Shown: positions 12,275 to 24,644 of the stretch, piece after piece
How the letters are laid out: every line of letters begins with the position of its first letter
How positions within the stretch are numbered: position 1 is the stretch's first letter
Assembly (NCBI RefSeq): GCF_001194135.2
Contig: NC_068990.1
Location: 10,961,587 to 11,002,322 of the forward strand
From: Octopus bimaculoides
Taxonomy: Eukaryota
Length of the DNA stretch: 40,736 nucleotides
Direction of reading: 5' to 3'
Notes under the pieces: model-generated
Told to the model about the DNA's origin: nothing
Database searches by the model: none
The model's input: the letters and a program-made list of their open reading frames with translations, nothing else
Translations under genes and position numbers: made by a program

Positions 12275-13811
12275 CACACCTACATTCATATCGTTCGATT
12301 GAATTTTGGAAGATTTGAAGTGAAGGATATTAAAGAGATATATAGTATTTATAGTAAAATATTTTATTGCTAATATATTGGAGTAATTAGGTGCTTGTGT
12401 CGGTAACTATTAATTAAAAGAACTGAAAATATAATTATATGTTTTAATATATAAAAGATAAGAGGGAACGTGAAAAATATATAACTGTAATTATCTTATA
12501 AGTAACATGGCATCATATATCTCTGTTGAATATCTTACAATGGCGCCATCTAGGTTGATATTTGTACGGAAAATGAATTCTTCGAAAATTGATTTTGTGA
12601 TATTAATATTAATATACGCATAATCATTATGTGTATGTAATTGGACGTTATTTAAATATAAGAGTATATTTTAAGTTGTATAACGATACTTCTGTCTCGA
12701 AGATCTGCGTGCCAAAATTAATAAGATGGTGAGTTCTTCCTTTGGATTTTTGTAACAAATTGTGTGAAAAAGTATTCGTGTGTGTTATATAGGTGAGTGA
12801 TTCTGGCTACTAGATTTTATACCGGAATTAAATGTTGTTTAACTGTTACATTCTGGAGAGAATTGGAGGCTTATAAATAGACTGGTAGATAATGTTTAGA
12901 TCAGAATTTTAAAAATCATTGTGACTGTGTAAGTGATTAAAATAAAATTTATGTAAATACTGAAATCCTGATGAGGTGGAAGATCTTAATGATGATAATG
13001 ATGATGCTGTCAACGACGACGGTGATTATGTCAATGATAATTATATAGATAGACTAATTTTAGATGTAAGAGGATTTAATGCAGATATATGTATATACTT
13101 TCAATTTATGATTGTATCCAATATCAGGCAGTAGCAGGGAACTGCCAAAATCAAGTCCAAAATCAAGTGGTACTAATAATCTGCATATGTGGTTTCAGTT
13201 TACATACAAAAAGAGGGGAGATTAGAATAATATATTTTAATGAAAATAAAAAAAAAAATTTAAGAATTAGAATTTCTATAATTAGAACAATGTACGTAAG
13301 AGAGTTCAGGTGGACTGCAGTAAATCGATGGGAGATAAAGGGAGTTTCTGAGTCAGGAATATACGTGTGCTAGAAAGCAGTACATGAATATTACCTGTAA
13401 ATATGCTATATTCCGAAGCTGTTTTGGGACCGTGGCTGAAGTGAGAACTGCTATTTTGAGTAAACTCGTATCTCCCAGCCATAATCTAATGCTTGATATT
13501 TTTTCTCACTTTTATTATAGATGGGACTTGTTTCCTTTTATTTTTTTTACAAATTGTCAAACTCATCGCGAACATCTTGTATATTTAGTGTTCTATATTT
13601 GTATATTTTCATAAAAAATTTCGTGTCCGACAGAATCAAATGAAAACTGTCCTCACAAAGCCACCCGAGGACACCAGTTTATTTGAGCAATCTTATTTTG
13701 AAAATTTGTATAAGTGCACAAAGGCCCTTATTTTACTCCTACGCATACTGTAGTTTGAAAAATGTTGCCTATATTCGTAAGTATGCACATATATGCCTGA
13801 AATTGTATGAC

Positions 13812-14048
13812 ATGACTGTATGATAACAAGATTGCTTCCCAACCAGTTAGCTCGGGATGAAGTCTCACTGCATGACAGCTTGCACAAGTGTCTTCGTTAT
13901 ATTTGTTTGTTCACATCCGCCGCAACTTAGCAGTTCGACAAAAAATCAATAGGCTTGAAACTAAATAAGCACTGGGGGTGATTAATTCGATTAATACAAT
14001 TTAAGGCTCCGCTTCAGTATGGTCACAGTGCTATGATAGAAAGAAAGG
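13812..14048 (+). mobile_element. Diverged, internally deleted SINE family A copy
   Basis: TTGCTTCCCAACCA head, CAAGTGTCTTC core, AACTTAGCAGTTCGACAAAA body, CTTCAGTATGGTCACAGT tail. Confidence 0.75.
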
Positions 14049-16611
14049 ATGGACACATATGTATATATATATNNNNNNNNNNNNNNNNNNNNNNNNNNNN
14101 NNNNNNNNNNNNNNNNNNNNNNNNNNNNNNNNNNNNNNNNNNNNNNNNNNNNNNNNNNNNNNNNNNNNNNNNNNNNNNNNNNNNNNNNNNNNNNNNNNNN
14201 NNNNNNNNNNNNNNNNNNNNNNNNNNNNNNNNNNNNNNNNNNNNNNNNNNNNNNNNNNNNNNNNNNNNNNNNNNNNNNNNNNNNNNNNNNNNNNNNNNNN
14301 NNNNNNNNNNNNNNNNNNNNNNNNNNNNNNNNNNNNNNNNNNNNNNNNNNNNNNNNNNNNNNNNNNNNNNNNNNNNNNNNNNNNNNNNNNNNNNNNNNNN
14401 NNNNNNNNNNNNNNNNNNATATATATGTGTATATATTGTTATGGCTTTTCTCATATAAAGATTTTTTTAATCCCCTCAATTATAAATATATCAAAAAATT
14501 TCATTTCATAAAATCTATGGTAAGTTGGACTCCAGGAACGTAAGAGAGTTCCACAAAATCAAGTAAGCACATTTATGGCCATTTCGGGTGTTCACTGCCG
14601 TGGTTCGATTACGAGTTAAGGTGCATCTTGAGGGGATTAAAAAGATTCTTTTAGTCGATTGATATATTTTATTTAGATTTTTAGTCGCATGACACACGTG
14701 AAAAACATAGCCCTCTCTTCGGATTCGTAATGGGCGGGAGCAAAATGAAAATGCCCTATTTATAACACAGAGAAGTTAACTACATCTGGTCGCTTCGAGG
14801 CACATTGTTGTAGTGATAACATTGCGGCACATATTTAATACTACTCATGTATGTGCGTTATGTGATATGTCAGTGACATTACAGTTTAGGCCATGAGAGA
14901 GAATTTAAAGTCCGAGTGATCGTTATGATCTCGTAGATATAGTGATAACTTAGCGACGACATGATGAATGCCACTTAACCATCCGTGGGCTGTTCTTGAC
15001 CTCGATGTGGCGGGGGGCGGTTCTGCTGCGTGATTGAAATTCAGGAGTAGGGGGAGATGATATTATTCGTACAGAAATTACGCATAATATAGCCAGATCC
15101 AGGATACTTGATTTATCGTGTACAAGGTTTTTAAATATATTGAAAGCGCCTATCTTCTATATGAAATACGAGTCATTAAATTACAGAATAATTCAGGTTG
15201 TTGAACTATGCGCAATCCTTCTTGGAGGCAAATGGAGTAATTCCAAACACCGGGTGAGTAGAGTGAGGCCCTGTTGTGTATACACCATTTAATGTTCTGT
15301 GAGGTGTTACTCTTATTTTAGTTCCGAAAATTATTTATATGGCTAGGGTGTTTAGTTTTAAAACGTTCAATGTGTGAACAAGATTTGTCCTATAGAGAGT
15401 ATCAGGTACTTCTCTTGCGTACAAAATACATTTCATTTTACATTTATCATGTAAAAGACAATAATTTATGACATCATTTTCAATTGTAGTAGCATTTATA
15501 TAACTTTATTTTTGGTGAATTCAATGTGAATGTTTAAAAGTATTAATTTTTTTTTTTTAATTCAAATTTTTCTGTCATTGAATATATAATTTTAATATAG
15601 TCTTGTAAAATATTTTGCAGTATGGCTTCTTCTGAAAGAAAATTTGTCTTTTATTCACTAAAGAATATTTATCGACAGGTTTCGCTCCAGCTCTGTTGGC
15701 GGATTATATTAGATAATATTTTTTGCTTTGGGCTAGTGATTATAGTTCTCAAGGTATTTATTCATATATAATTCTTTCGCGGAATCTGTTGCGTAAAAGA
15801 AAACCATTATAATATTGTGGGTCGATCCTTGAAGGTTTGTATAGTTGTAGATCGATTGTATAACTTCGGAAAAATATTCTTACCTGGATATTAATTATAT
15901 ACTTAAGGCAACTGAATTATACGGAGATGAAGTGTACAGTTCCATTCAGCTTGGGCTGTAAGAAATGATGTGTACGGTTCTGTTCAGTTTAGCCTGTAAG
16001 AAATATAATTTTCAATTGGAAGCTTGGTTTACGCTATGATTTGTGCTCGCCTATCATCGAAAAAGATAGGTGTTTCTTTTTTTCTTTTAATATTTGATTT
16101 TATCTAGTATTCTAGTTATCAAAGTATAGCAGAACTTCTTTTTTGTAGAAACTACATTTAATTTGGAAATGAATTTGGATGTAAATTTGTATAATATGCA
16201 TAATCCTGCTATAATCTGGCTTCCAACAAAATCTTTTGTCCATGCTATCGTTGAATTGTAAGTTAGAATTATCTTATCTGAACCAACCAAGTTTTGATAA
16301 AGCATGGTCTAACATTTGTGTACTTTAATTTCGATTTCAAAGACGTCAGTATTAGTTGCCGGTGTTGTGATACTATGCAGATCATGTCGATATGTTTTAG
16401 AAATAGAAGAGTAACATTCCTGAATGTCAGATTGTAAGAAATTTCAATTCTGTCTGTTATGGAAAAATACGAATCTATTTATGTCAGCTTGGTTGTCATT
16501 TCTTTCTAGTGTGAACATACATGGATGTATCTGCATATATGTATGTGTGCGTTTGTGTGTGTGTAAGTGAGTATGTATGTGCACGCGTGTGTATGTGTGT
16601 GCGTATATATA

Positions 16612-17154
16612 TACACACTTGCATACAAAATCAATTAGACCTATTTTATATCGCTGTTACACAAAGTTTTGCGATACCACCTTTCTGTACAGCTAAGAGT
16701 TCATTAGAGATTAAAAGTTCCTTTACGTGTTACATATGTATGTGTGCATGTATGTGTGTATGTAAGTTTCCATGTATGTATATACACATCTATATATATA
16801 AATATATATNNNNNNNNNNNNNNNNNNNNNNNNNNNNNNNNNNNNNNNNNNNNNNNNNNNNNNNNNNNNNNNNNNNNNNNNNNNNNNNNNNNNNNNNNNN
16901 NNNNNNNNNNNNNNNNNNNNNNNNNNNNNNNNNNNNNNNNNNNNNNNNNNNNNNNNNNNNNNNNNNNNNNNNNNNNNNNNTATATATATATATATATATA
17001 TATCCATATACATGAATACATACGTACGTACACACTTACATACAAAATCAATTAAACCTATTTTATATCTCTGTTGCACAAAGTTTTGTGTTACCACCTC
17101 GCTATATATCGAAGAGTTCATTGCAGATTAAAAGTCCATTTAGGTGTTACATAT
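16612..17154. repeat. 126-bp diverged direct duplication (16612-16737 and 17029-17154)
   Basis: Gapless manual alignment at offset 417, 17 mismatches (109/126 identical). Confidence 0.9.
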
Positions 17155-17462
17155 TAAGTGCAAAGGAGGCTTATGAGATGCTTTGATTTAAACGAGTTTA
17201 GTGTACAAAATTAACAATTAATATAATTAAATTATGACAGTTGATAACGCATCTAGATATTTGAAGTAACAAACACATAACATTTTGAATACTGAGAAAA
17301 TGGATACGCATAAAACTATGAGCTTTGATAGAGTGAAAGAAATATAAGGAAACAGAATTTGCAGAAGGGAAAGGAAAAACCGAACATAAAATGCAGAGGA
17401 TTAATTGAAATGAGTTTAAAAGATAAATGCTAGAAAACAGGTGAAAATAATAAAAAAAAGTT

Positions 17463-17649
17463 GCAGAATGGGGATAGCTGGAATGTAATAGATTGCAGAA
17501 TGGGGAGAGCTACAATAATATAGACTGCACAATGGGGAGAGCTAGAATGAAATAGACTGCAGAATGGGAAGAGATAGAATGAAATAGACTGCAGAATGGA
17601 GAGAGCTACAATGAAATAGATTGCAGAATGGGGAGAAATAGAATGAAAT
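17463..17649. repeat. 32-bp minisatellite, about 5.8 units
   Basis: Units start at 17463, 17495, 17527, 17559, 17591, 17623; consensus GCAGAATGGGGAGAGCTAGAATGAAATAGACT. Confidence 0.95.
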
Positions 17650-17784
17650 TGTTGTTCGTATTAGACATGTTTGGATACTAAACGTCGAAACATAGCAGTG
17701 CATAACGAAATACGATTTCCCTACAAGTCATTAATATGCATGTACCAGCTGTTAGGAATGTATCTAATATCTGAATTTAGCATC

Positions 17785-17970
17785 AAGGTGGTGAGCTGGC
17801 AGAATTGTTGACATGCGGAACAAGGGGCTTAGCGGTATTCCGTCCTGCTTTACGTTCTGAGTTCAACTAACACCGGGTTCAATAAAATAAATACCAGTTG
17901 AATTCTGGGATGAATGTAATCGACTTTCCCCCACCCGAAATTTTCTGGCCTTGTGCCAAAATTTGAAATC
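17785..17970 (+). mobile_element. tRNA-derived SINE family C copy
   Basis: GGTGGTGAGCTGGCAGAA A-box-like head, GAGTTCAA B-box-like motif, tail GGCCTTGTGCCAAAATTTGAAA; family recognised from memory of cephalopod repeats. Confidence 0.7.
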
Positions 17971-18748
17971 CATGTGCAATATTGGTATATCCAGTAACGT
18001 TGCAGGGCTATATTTGGATGGCTAATGAATTGGACGTGGTGGTGATGAAGGAGCAAATATTTCTAAAATGAGGCATATACACCTATTAAATATCTTACCA
18101 TCTCCGATCGTATTGTTGTTTACATTAAACATAGTCAGATACGAAACGTCTGAATTAATCAGTGATGACTATAATTTCTATAGCACATCTCTAGCGGTAA
18201 CTTTAACAAGTGATATGATAGAAGAGTTAATATCTGTACCAAGGCATACAAATACGTCTGTAATTGATTGGATGGCGAGTGAAAGAAGCACAGAAGTTAA
18301 GGAAAGCAAATCAGGATTGTATTAAAATTTACTGAAAGAAAAAGTTTTGCAAAGTGAAGTAAGAGAGAAATTCATGTTATTATAAAAACAAGAAAAGAAA
18401 CAAAAGAAATATGCAGTGTATCAATAGTACAGAGTGACCGGTTTATCGGATTTTGAATAAAACACAGCAAAATAACGTATACTATTTAATAGACAAAGAT
18501 AAATCCGATTTCTTTTATATAATTTTCAGAAAAAGAGAAGTCAAATACCAATAGTTTTTCAAAAGTTGATCCAACCTAATAAAATAGCCTTCTACACAAA
18601 CATATGAGTTAGACAAATAAAATCTAAAGATTGTTTGGACAAGATATTTATAGTGTTTGAAGAGACTTCAAAAACAATTGACGTATCATTTTTAAAATAT
18701 TCCATCTGAGGAATCACAATGTGTTCAGTCTGTCGGTAGAATCAAATA

Positions 18749-18963
18749 CAGAGTGAGCCAAGTGTTACGCACAAAAAGTTCAATACGCTCCGGAATTATC
18801 AAAGATATGCTTTATTTTTTCTAAAATTGAATGAGATTAATAAACTAATAATGAATACACAATCAATTGTACATGATGAACAAAATAAATAATAACAATC
18901 ACAATAATATTATATGAAAAACAAATGATAAATGTCTTGGTACGAGACTTTTGGCTCACACTG
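18749..18963. mobile_element. Tc1/mariner-type MITE, 215 bp
   Basis: TA|CAGAGTGAGCCAA ... TTGGCTCACACTG|TA: 13-bp TIRs with one mismatch, TA on both sides, AT-rich non-coding interior. Confidence 0.7.
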
Positions 18964-19148
18964 TATATTAGAATACATAAGTTAAGAGCGAAGGTCTCAA
19001 AAGACAACAATTTTCATTGGTAAACAAACAGCAAGAGACTTTGCCTCCAATATACGGCTTTGAATGTTCGACAACAGATCAAAATATGTACATTGATATA
19101 ATAGACACCTATTCATTCCAGAAATTGACTGTCTGCTGTTTGATGAAT

Positions 19149-19400
19149 TGGTCTAGTGGTTAAGGTGTTACACTCACGATTACGACATCATCTTGGTTTC
19201 GATTCACAAACAAGATGTCCGTTGTGTTCTTGAGCAAAACATTTCATTTCACGTTGCTCCAGTCCACTCAGCTGTAGATTGGCGACATTCAGACGGATTA
19301 GCGTACAAGAGTGAGATGGCAACTCTGAAAAAGCATCACTCGAACTGAAGGCTCGCGAGCCACGTTCTGTATTCAGTGATCGAAAGGATGAATAATACAA
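19149..19400 (+). mobile_element. tRNA-derived SINE family B head and core with a different 3' region
   Basis: A box TGGTCTAGTGG (19149-19159), B box GGTTTCGATTC (19195-19205), core TTGTGTTCTTGAGCAAAACATTTCATTTCACGTTGCTCCAGTCCACTCAGCT shared with 19421 and 38281 copies. Confidence 0.8.
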
Positions 19401-19420
19401 CTCGTATTCTGAATTCCATA

Positions 19421-19656
19421 TGGTTCAGTGGTTAGAGCGCCGAGCTCACAATCATAAGTTAGTGAATTTGATTCCCAGACAGGGCTGTGTGTTGTGTTCT
19501 TGAGCAAGACACTTTATTTCAAGTTGCTCCAGTTCACTCAGCTTCTTATAGAAATGAGTTGCAACGTCAATGGCTGTATTGGCCTTTGCCGTTCCCTTGG
19601 GCAACATCGGTGGTATAGAGAGGGAAGGCTAGTATGCATGGGTGACTGCTGCTCTT

Positions 19657-19660
<4 letters not shown>
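19421..19660 (+). mobile_element. SINE family B copy
   Basis: A box TGGTTCAGTGG, core TTGTGTTCTTGAGCAAGACACTTTATTTCAAGTTGCTCCAGTTCACTCAGCT, 3' part homologous to 34029-34220 and 38281-38564. Confidence 0.88.
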
Positions 19661-19704
<44 letters not shown>

Positions 19705-19707
<3 letters not shown>

Positions 19708-19863
19708 CGACGGACTTCTTTCAGTTTCCATCTACCAAATCCACCCACATGGCTTTGGTCGGCCCGAGACTATAGTAGAAGACACTTGCCCAAGGTGCCA
19801 CGCAGTGTGAATAAACCCGGAACCATGTGGTTGGTAAGCAAGCTACTTATCACACAGCTGCAT
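19705..19863 (-). mobile_element. SINE family A 5' half
   Basis: Reverse complement matches the head and core of 8460-8625; ends at a (TA)n/(CA)n tract. Confidence 0.92.
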
Positions 19864-20172
19864 ATAAATATGGGTTTATGTTAAGCCATACTGTACACCT
19901 AACCCTTTTCTATCGTATATGTCTATACCTTTCCTTTTCTTTCTGCTCTAAAACGTCTGATCCTTAAGTTCTGTTTCTGAAACCTACCCTAAGCTTGAAA
20001 TGTCAAGGCCACTCCCAAAGCTCTAAACTAATAATCTCACACATTTACACTTTTTTGTTTTGTCTTTTCGTTCTTCATTTCATGATTAATATTGGGAATA
20101 TACACACGCACATAAACACGCCTACACATGTACACACACGGATATGTATGTATGTATGTATGTTTGTATGAA

Positions 20173-20226
20173 TGGATGGATGGATTGATGGATTGATGGA
20201 TGGATGGATGGATGGATGGATGGATG
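20173..20226. repeat. (GGAT)n microsatellite
   Basis: Direct reading. Confidence 0.93.
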
Positions 20227-20949
20227 TATTATGTATGTATGTATATATTTTTGTATGTATACCATTTATTAAACAAGTTACATTTCTCTAGGTTCATTGC
20301 TAGAATTTCTTCCGAATTCTGACGATTTTTTAACTATTTTTAACAATCTACCTTAAGTACATCGTAAATTCTAATAACATCACAATGAAGTGCCTATATA
20401 CAATACCTCTTCATCAATAGTGTTCGCCTGTTTCCAAAAGTTATTTACTTATATTTTCTCTAGGTAATTTTAATACACTGTAAACCACATTTTCAATATT
20501 TCTGAGACAATCGCTAATAAAGCAATATGCTCGGCTAAATCGTATATCACGTGTCATCGCTAATTTTACTACCAACTCTGTATATTTCCATTATCTTTAC
20601 ATTATCGTGTTAGTACGCTTCCTTTTCACCAAACACCAAGATTTAAAGGAAAATCTAATTTTTAGCCTAACTTGGCAATATCCTGTTTCATATATTTAAA
20701 TACACGTGTCTGTGTCTTCTGTCCCTTCCCTCTATTTCTCCATTAATATTATCCCCAGATCAAATTTCGAACGTTGTTTAAGAGTTTTACTATTTTATCA
20801 ACAACTAATGTGTTTTAATAGGCCTTATATACAGGTAATACAAAGCAAGCAACGATTTATTCGTTTCTCAGTATGGTTATTTACCATTTAAACTACAATA
20901 TGCTATAAAAAATTATTAACAAAACCTTTTTAGAAAGCAAAATTTGAAT

Positions 20950-21650
20950 AATATTGAATTACAGCAAATAATACTTGTTTTTTTAATATTGATACAAGGC
21001 TAATAAGATGTGCTCTGGGAAATGAGAAAGTATAAGCTGTAAGTTCGCACAACGCGAATACAAAAGGAGACACGTTAATGTGGCCAGAATTGTGCACTAA
21101 CTGTTGTGCGGTAAAGGAAACCTCGAGAGAACCGAACAATGGTATGAATACAAACCAGAAGGAGTAATGGACAACGAACATTACAAAATACTCTGATATG
21201 TTAACATGCAGTGCGACTAAATCCTGAAGGTCTGACGACCAGTTATCGTGCTCATCCATAAAGATGAAAAAGAGGTAAAGATAATAGATGTTGCAATTCC
21301 TGGTGATTCGAGGATGAAATGTAAGGAAACAGAAAATATTGATGAGAAATACCAGCCACAGGGGAAAGAAATAGGAAACTTATGGGGCATATGGAAAGTA
21401 ATGGTGATACTGGTGGTAATTGGAGTATTAGGAGTAATTTCCAAGAGCTTTTAAAAGAATATTAAAAATATTGAAGTTGCTGCCAGGCTCGAAGTGATCC
21501 AGAAGACAGCATTGTTGGGTGCCGCTCACATTCTAAGGAGTGTTGTCTTTTTGCGTCACAGGAGAAGGCACTACTTGAAACCTTTGGTGATTTGTTATTG
21601 ACTGCTTTCATGGAAAGAATAACCGGTAATTATGAACTGTCCGAGGGTCT

Positions 21651-21732
<82 letters not shown>
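20950..21732 (+). mobile_element. R4/Dong-like non-LTR retrotransposon 3' fragment (restriction-like endonuclease) with (TAA)27 tail
   Basis: One frame with stops from 21005: KMCSGK*ESISCKFAQREYKRRHVNVARIVH*LLC...WYEYKPEGV...KIL*...RPVIVLIHKDEKEVKIIDVAIPGD...EKYQ...VVIGVLG...IQKTALLGAAHILRSV; decayed zinc knuckle, RH motif and PD..D nuclease region; TAA repeat 21652-21732. Confidence 0.9.
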
Positions 21733-22138
21733 GCTATTTACAAAATGTTTTTTTTTTTCATTTATTGCTTCAAAACGGCTACAGACTATTAAATTAGCAT
21801 ATAGACGTTAATATTAGAGTGTGTACTAATATATCTGATCTCTTTGAGTTTATTTCGGAACTACTACGGGAATTGTCCGAAAATCTTTTTATTTCTTGAT
21901 TTCGATACTGCAGATTTGAATCTTACTTTATCAACCGGCATTGTAATTTGTATTATAACTGTCATTATTACTTGTACTAACACAGGTTATTAATGCAGAC
22001 CTCACTGCACTTGCACACGTAGAGACCTAATTTTTAAAATAAGGTTTCCTGTAAATAATAGTTCTCCCTGTATCGAATTCTTATTTGTAACGTGTAAGCC
22101 AACGTTTTCTTTCTTCCACGTCTATTATTTATGCACTA

Positions 22139-22181
<43 letters not shown>

Positions 22182-24644
22182 NNNNNNNNNNNNNNNNNNN
22201 NNNNNNNNNNNNNNNNNNNNNNNNNNNNNNNNNNNNNNNNNNNNNNNNNNNNNNNNNNNNNNNNNNNNNNNNNNNNNNNNNNNNNNNNNNNNNNNNNNNN
22301 NNNNNNNNNNNNNNNNNNNNNNNNNNNNNNNNNATCGTCGCTTTGAGACCGCGACCTGATCACAGACAAAATTACGCGCTGTGTTGTTTTTTTTTTTTAC
22401 ATTTATTCAAACAGCAGAGAATCCCTCTCAGCACATGTCTATGATACTCTCCCACTATTCCTACTCATGATCAGATGAGTGCATATTGTCAGCCACGAAG
22501 GGAAATACTCAAGTGGTTATGGTCAAGCCACGGAGAAGCAAATCTTTGGTATGGAGCCGAATATTTGGTATAATTGTGTTTCTGCCTCAGCAACCCAGTG
22601 CTGAATCTGCTTGAAATGTAATGTCAGTTTCAAAACATTGAAGTCCAGATTATGAAAGCAAGGTGTAAAAGGAATAATAATAATTTCTTTTGATTTCAAG
22701 ATAAAGCAATTACGAAATGACACTTATTGACCGATGAGGGAAAAAAATTGTTTTTTTGTTACACAGTGTAATTGCATCATTCTTTATTTAAATAAAAGAT
22801 GAATTAGCATAATGATGGGGAGCTCGACATGTTGAAGCAGACCTCCTCTCCCAGCTCCCGTAGGATTGATTCACTGCACATAAATCAAAAGCACATTTCT
22901 ACATGAAGTCATATAAATGGTCTTATTAATGACACTTACCAAAACACACATCATTTCTCTTCATATTTAATTTTCAGCATCATCACCTCATACACCACTA
23001 CTATTAGAATATTTTATTCCATCTAAATAATCACTTTTACCACCTGTAATTAACCTGTATTATTTTTTTATCATCAATAGCTTTATGTGTGTTTGAGAGT
23101 ATGGGCATTTGTGTATATTAAATATTAGGTTTTTCAGTCTTATTTATGGACTCTCTTAGCTGTTCAATCTCCGAACGCTTTTCCGCTTGGGTGCTCCATA
23201 TTCGTTTTGTAAGCTTTTCTATTCCTTCCTTCTATTGAAATCTATTCCTCAGATATTCTATCACTACAGATATTCTTGCCTCACATCATCACCATTAATA
23301 TAAACATCACTACCAAATACTTTATTCATTTACAGTTATTAATTATTTATTTATATAGTATTAAGTTTAATACATTTCCATCTTAAACAGATCTGTATAT
23401 TCACATTTTCATTCTCGAATGTCCTATCATCGTAATTCCATCAAATCCACCAATGCTACAGCTATCATCAATACATCCCACCATATAAACTTCCATAAAC
23501 TTCTATTTATATTTGGCTTTTGGTTTTATTTTATTTTCATTATCAACTTCATCACTCTCTGCATATTTATTTTTTGTGTATTTGTATGATTTCATTTATT
23601 TTTCAATAATAGTATCAGTAATATGTTTTACCTTGTTAATAGGTTTAAATTCAAGATCACAAATGCCGTTCACTAATCGTCTACATGTTCAAAGAACAAA
23701 ATAAAAAGGTTTTCTTTGAACTTACAGTTTTAATAAAGCATGTTCACATTTAATATATATAATATGAGGGATTTTTTTCCTGACGGGTTCCATGATGTTT
23801 CTCTAAACATACAAACTTCGGATCAATATATATAGAGAGAGTCAACGGGTGAGATCCAGAGATGCTCAATATAGAAAACACTTATTAGTGCTCAAATGAT
23901 TTTCTCTTACACTCCAAAATGTGTATCGAGAACTAAATCCATGGGATAAAGAATGGCTCTAAAAGGAATCCAGAGGAGCTGATGTGGAGATAATGATGAA
24001 AAAACGTGTTTGGTCTTGATACATATAATATAAATACAGATATTCATGCAACTTTTATATGGAAAGAGAGAGACAAAAACTGAAGTTGTTCAGATGAATA
24101 TTCGTGTATAAGCACAGATATTTATATATTTACGGAACGGCTTTACATGCTTTATGAATGATGCAAGAACTAAGGGTAGAGGATATGGTATTTCAAGTTC
24201 GACTGAGAGATTTAGAATAGAAGTGATGAGTAGAGAAATGAGTGGGAAGGGGTGGAAAGGAGTAGAATGGTTAATATTGTGAAGGATGCAATCGTTGTTG
24301 GGTGTGTTGAAAACTGATGTTATCAATCAGGGATGGTCGAAGCTACAGAACTGAAAAATGGAAGTAGGTACGACGTGAGAAGATAGGGACGGCTATTAAA
24401 ATGAAGGGAAGGGGTCTACTCATAGAAATTGGCAAGTAGGCAGCAGGGAATTTCGAAGAATTCTCTCAATCTCTGTTCTGCCTCGCCTATCTCATTTTGC
24501 CCTACCTCTACTTCAACATTACTTCCCTTTGAACTGCCTACATCCTCCTTCCACTTACTTTTATTAGTGCTCCACTTTATCCATTCTACAGGTAAAATCT
24601 CAGCATTATGATCTGAATTGCAAGAAGCCAATCTCTCCACCCTG

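Noticed and set aside
12968-12974. CTGATGA core
   Set aside because: No GAAA or stem II downstream.
17463-17649. CRISPR-like periodicity
   Set aside because: Units are contiguous with no unique spacers, no cas genes, eukaryotic context.
19149-19220. tRNA genes at SINE heads (also 19421, 34029, 38564)
   Set aside because: A and B boxes are present but they continue into shared SINE bodies and I could not build a full cloverleaf.
21232-21270. CTGACGA...GAAA
   Set aside because: Lies inside the RLE coding relic, with no stems.
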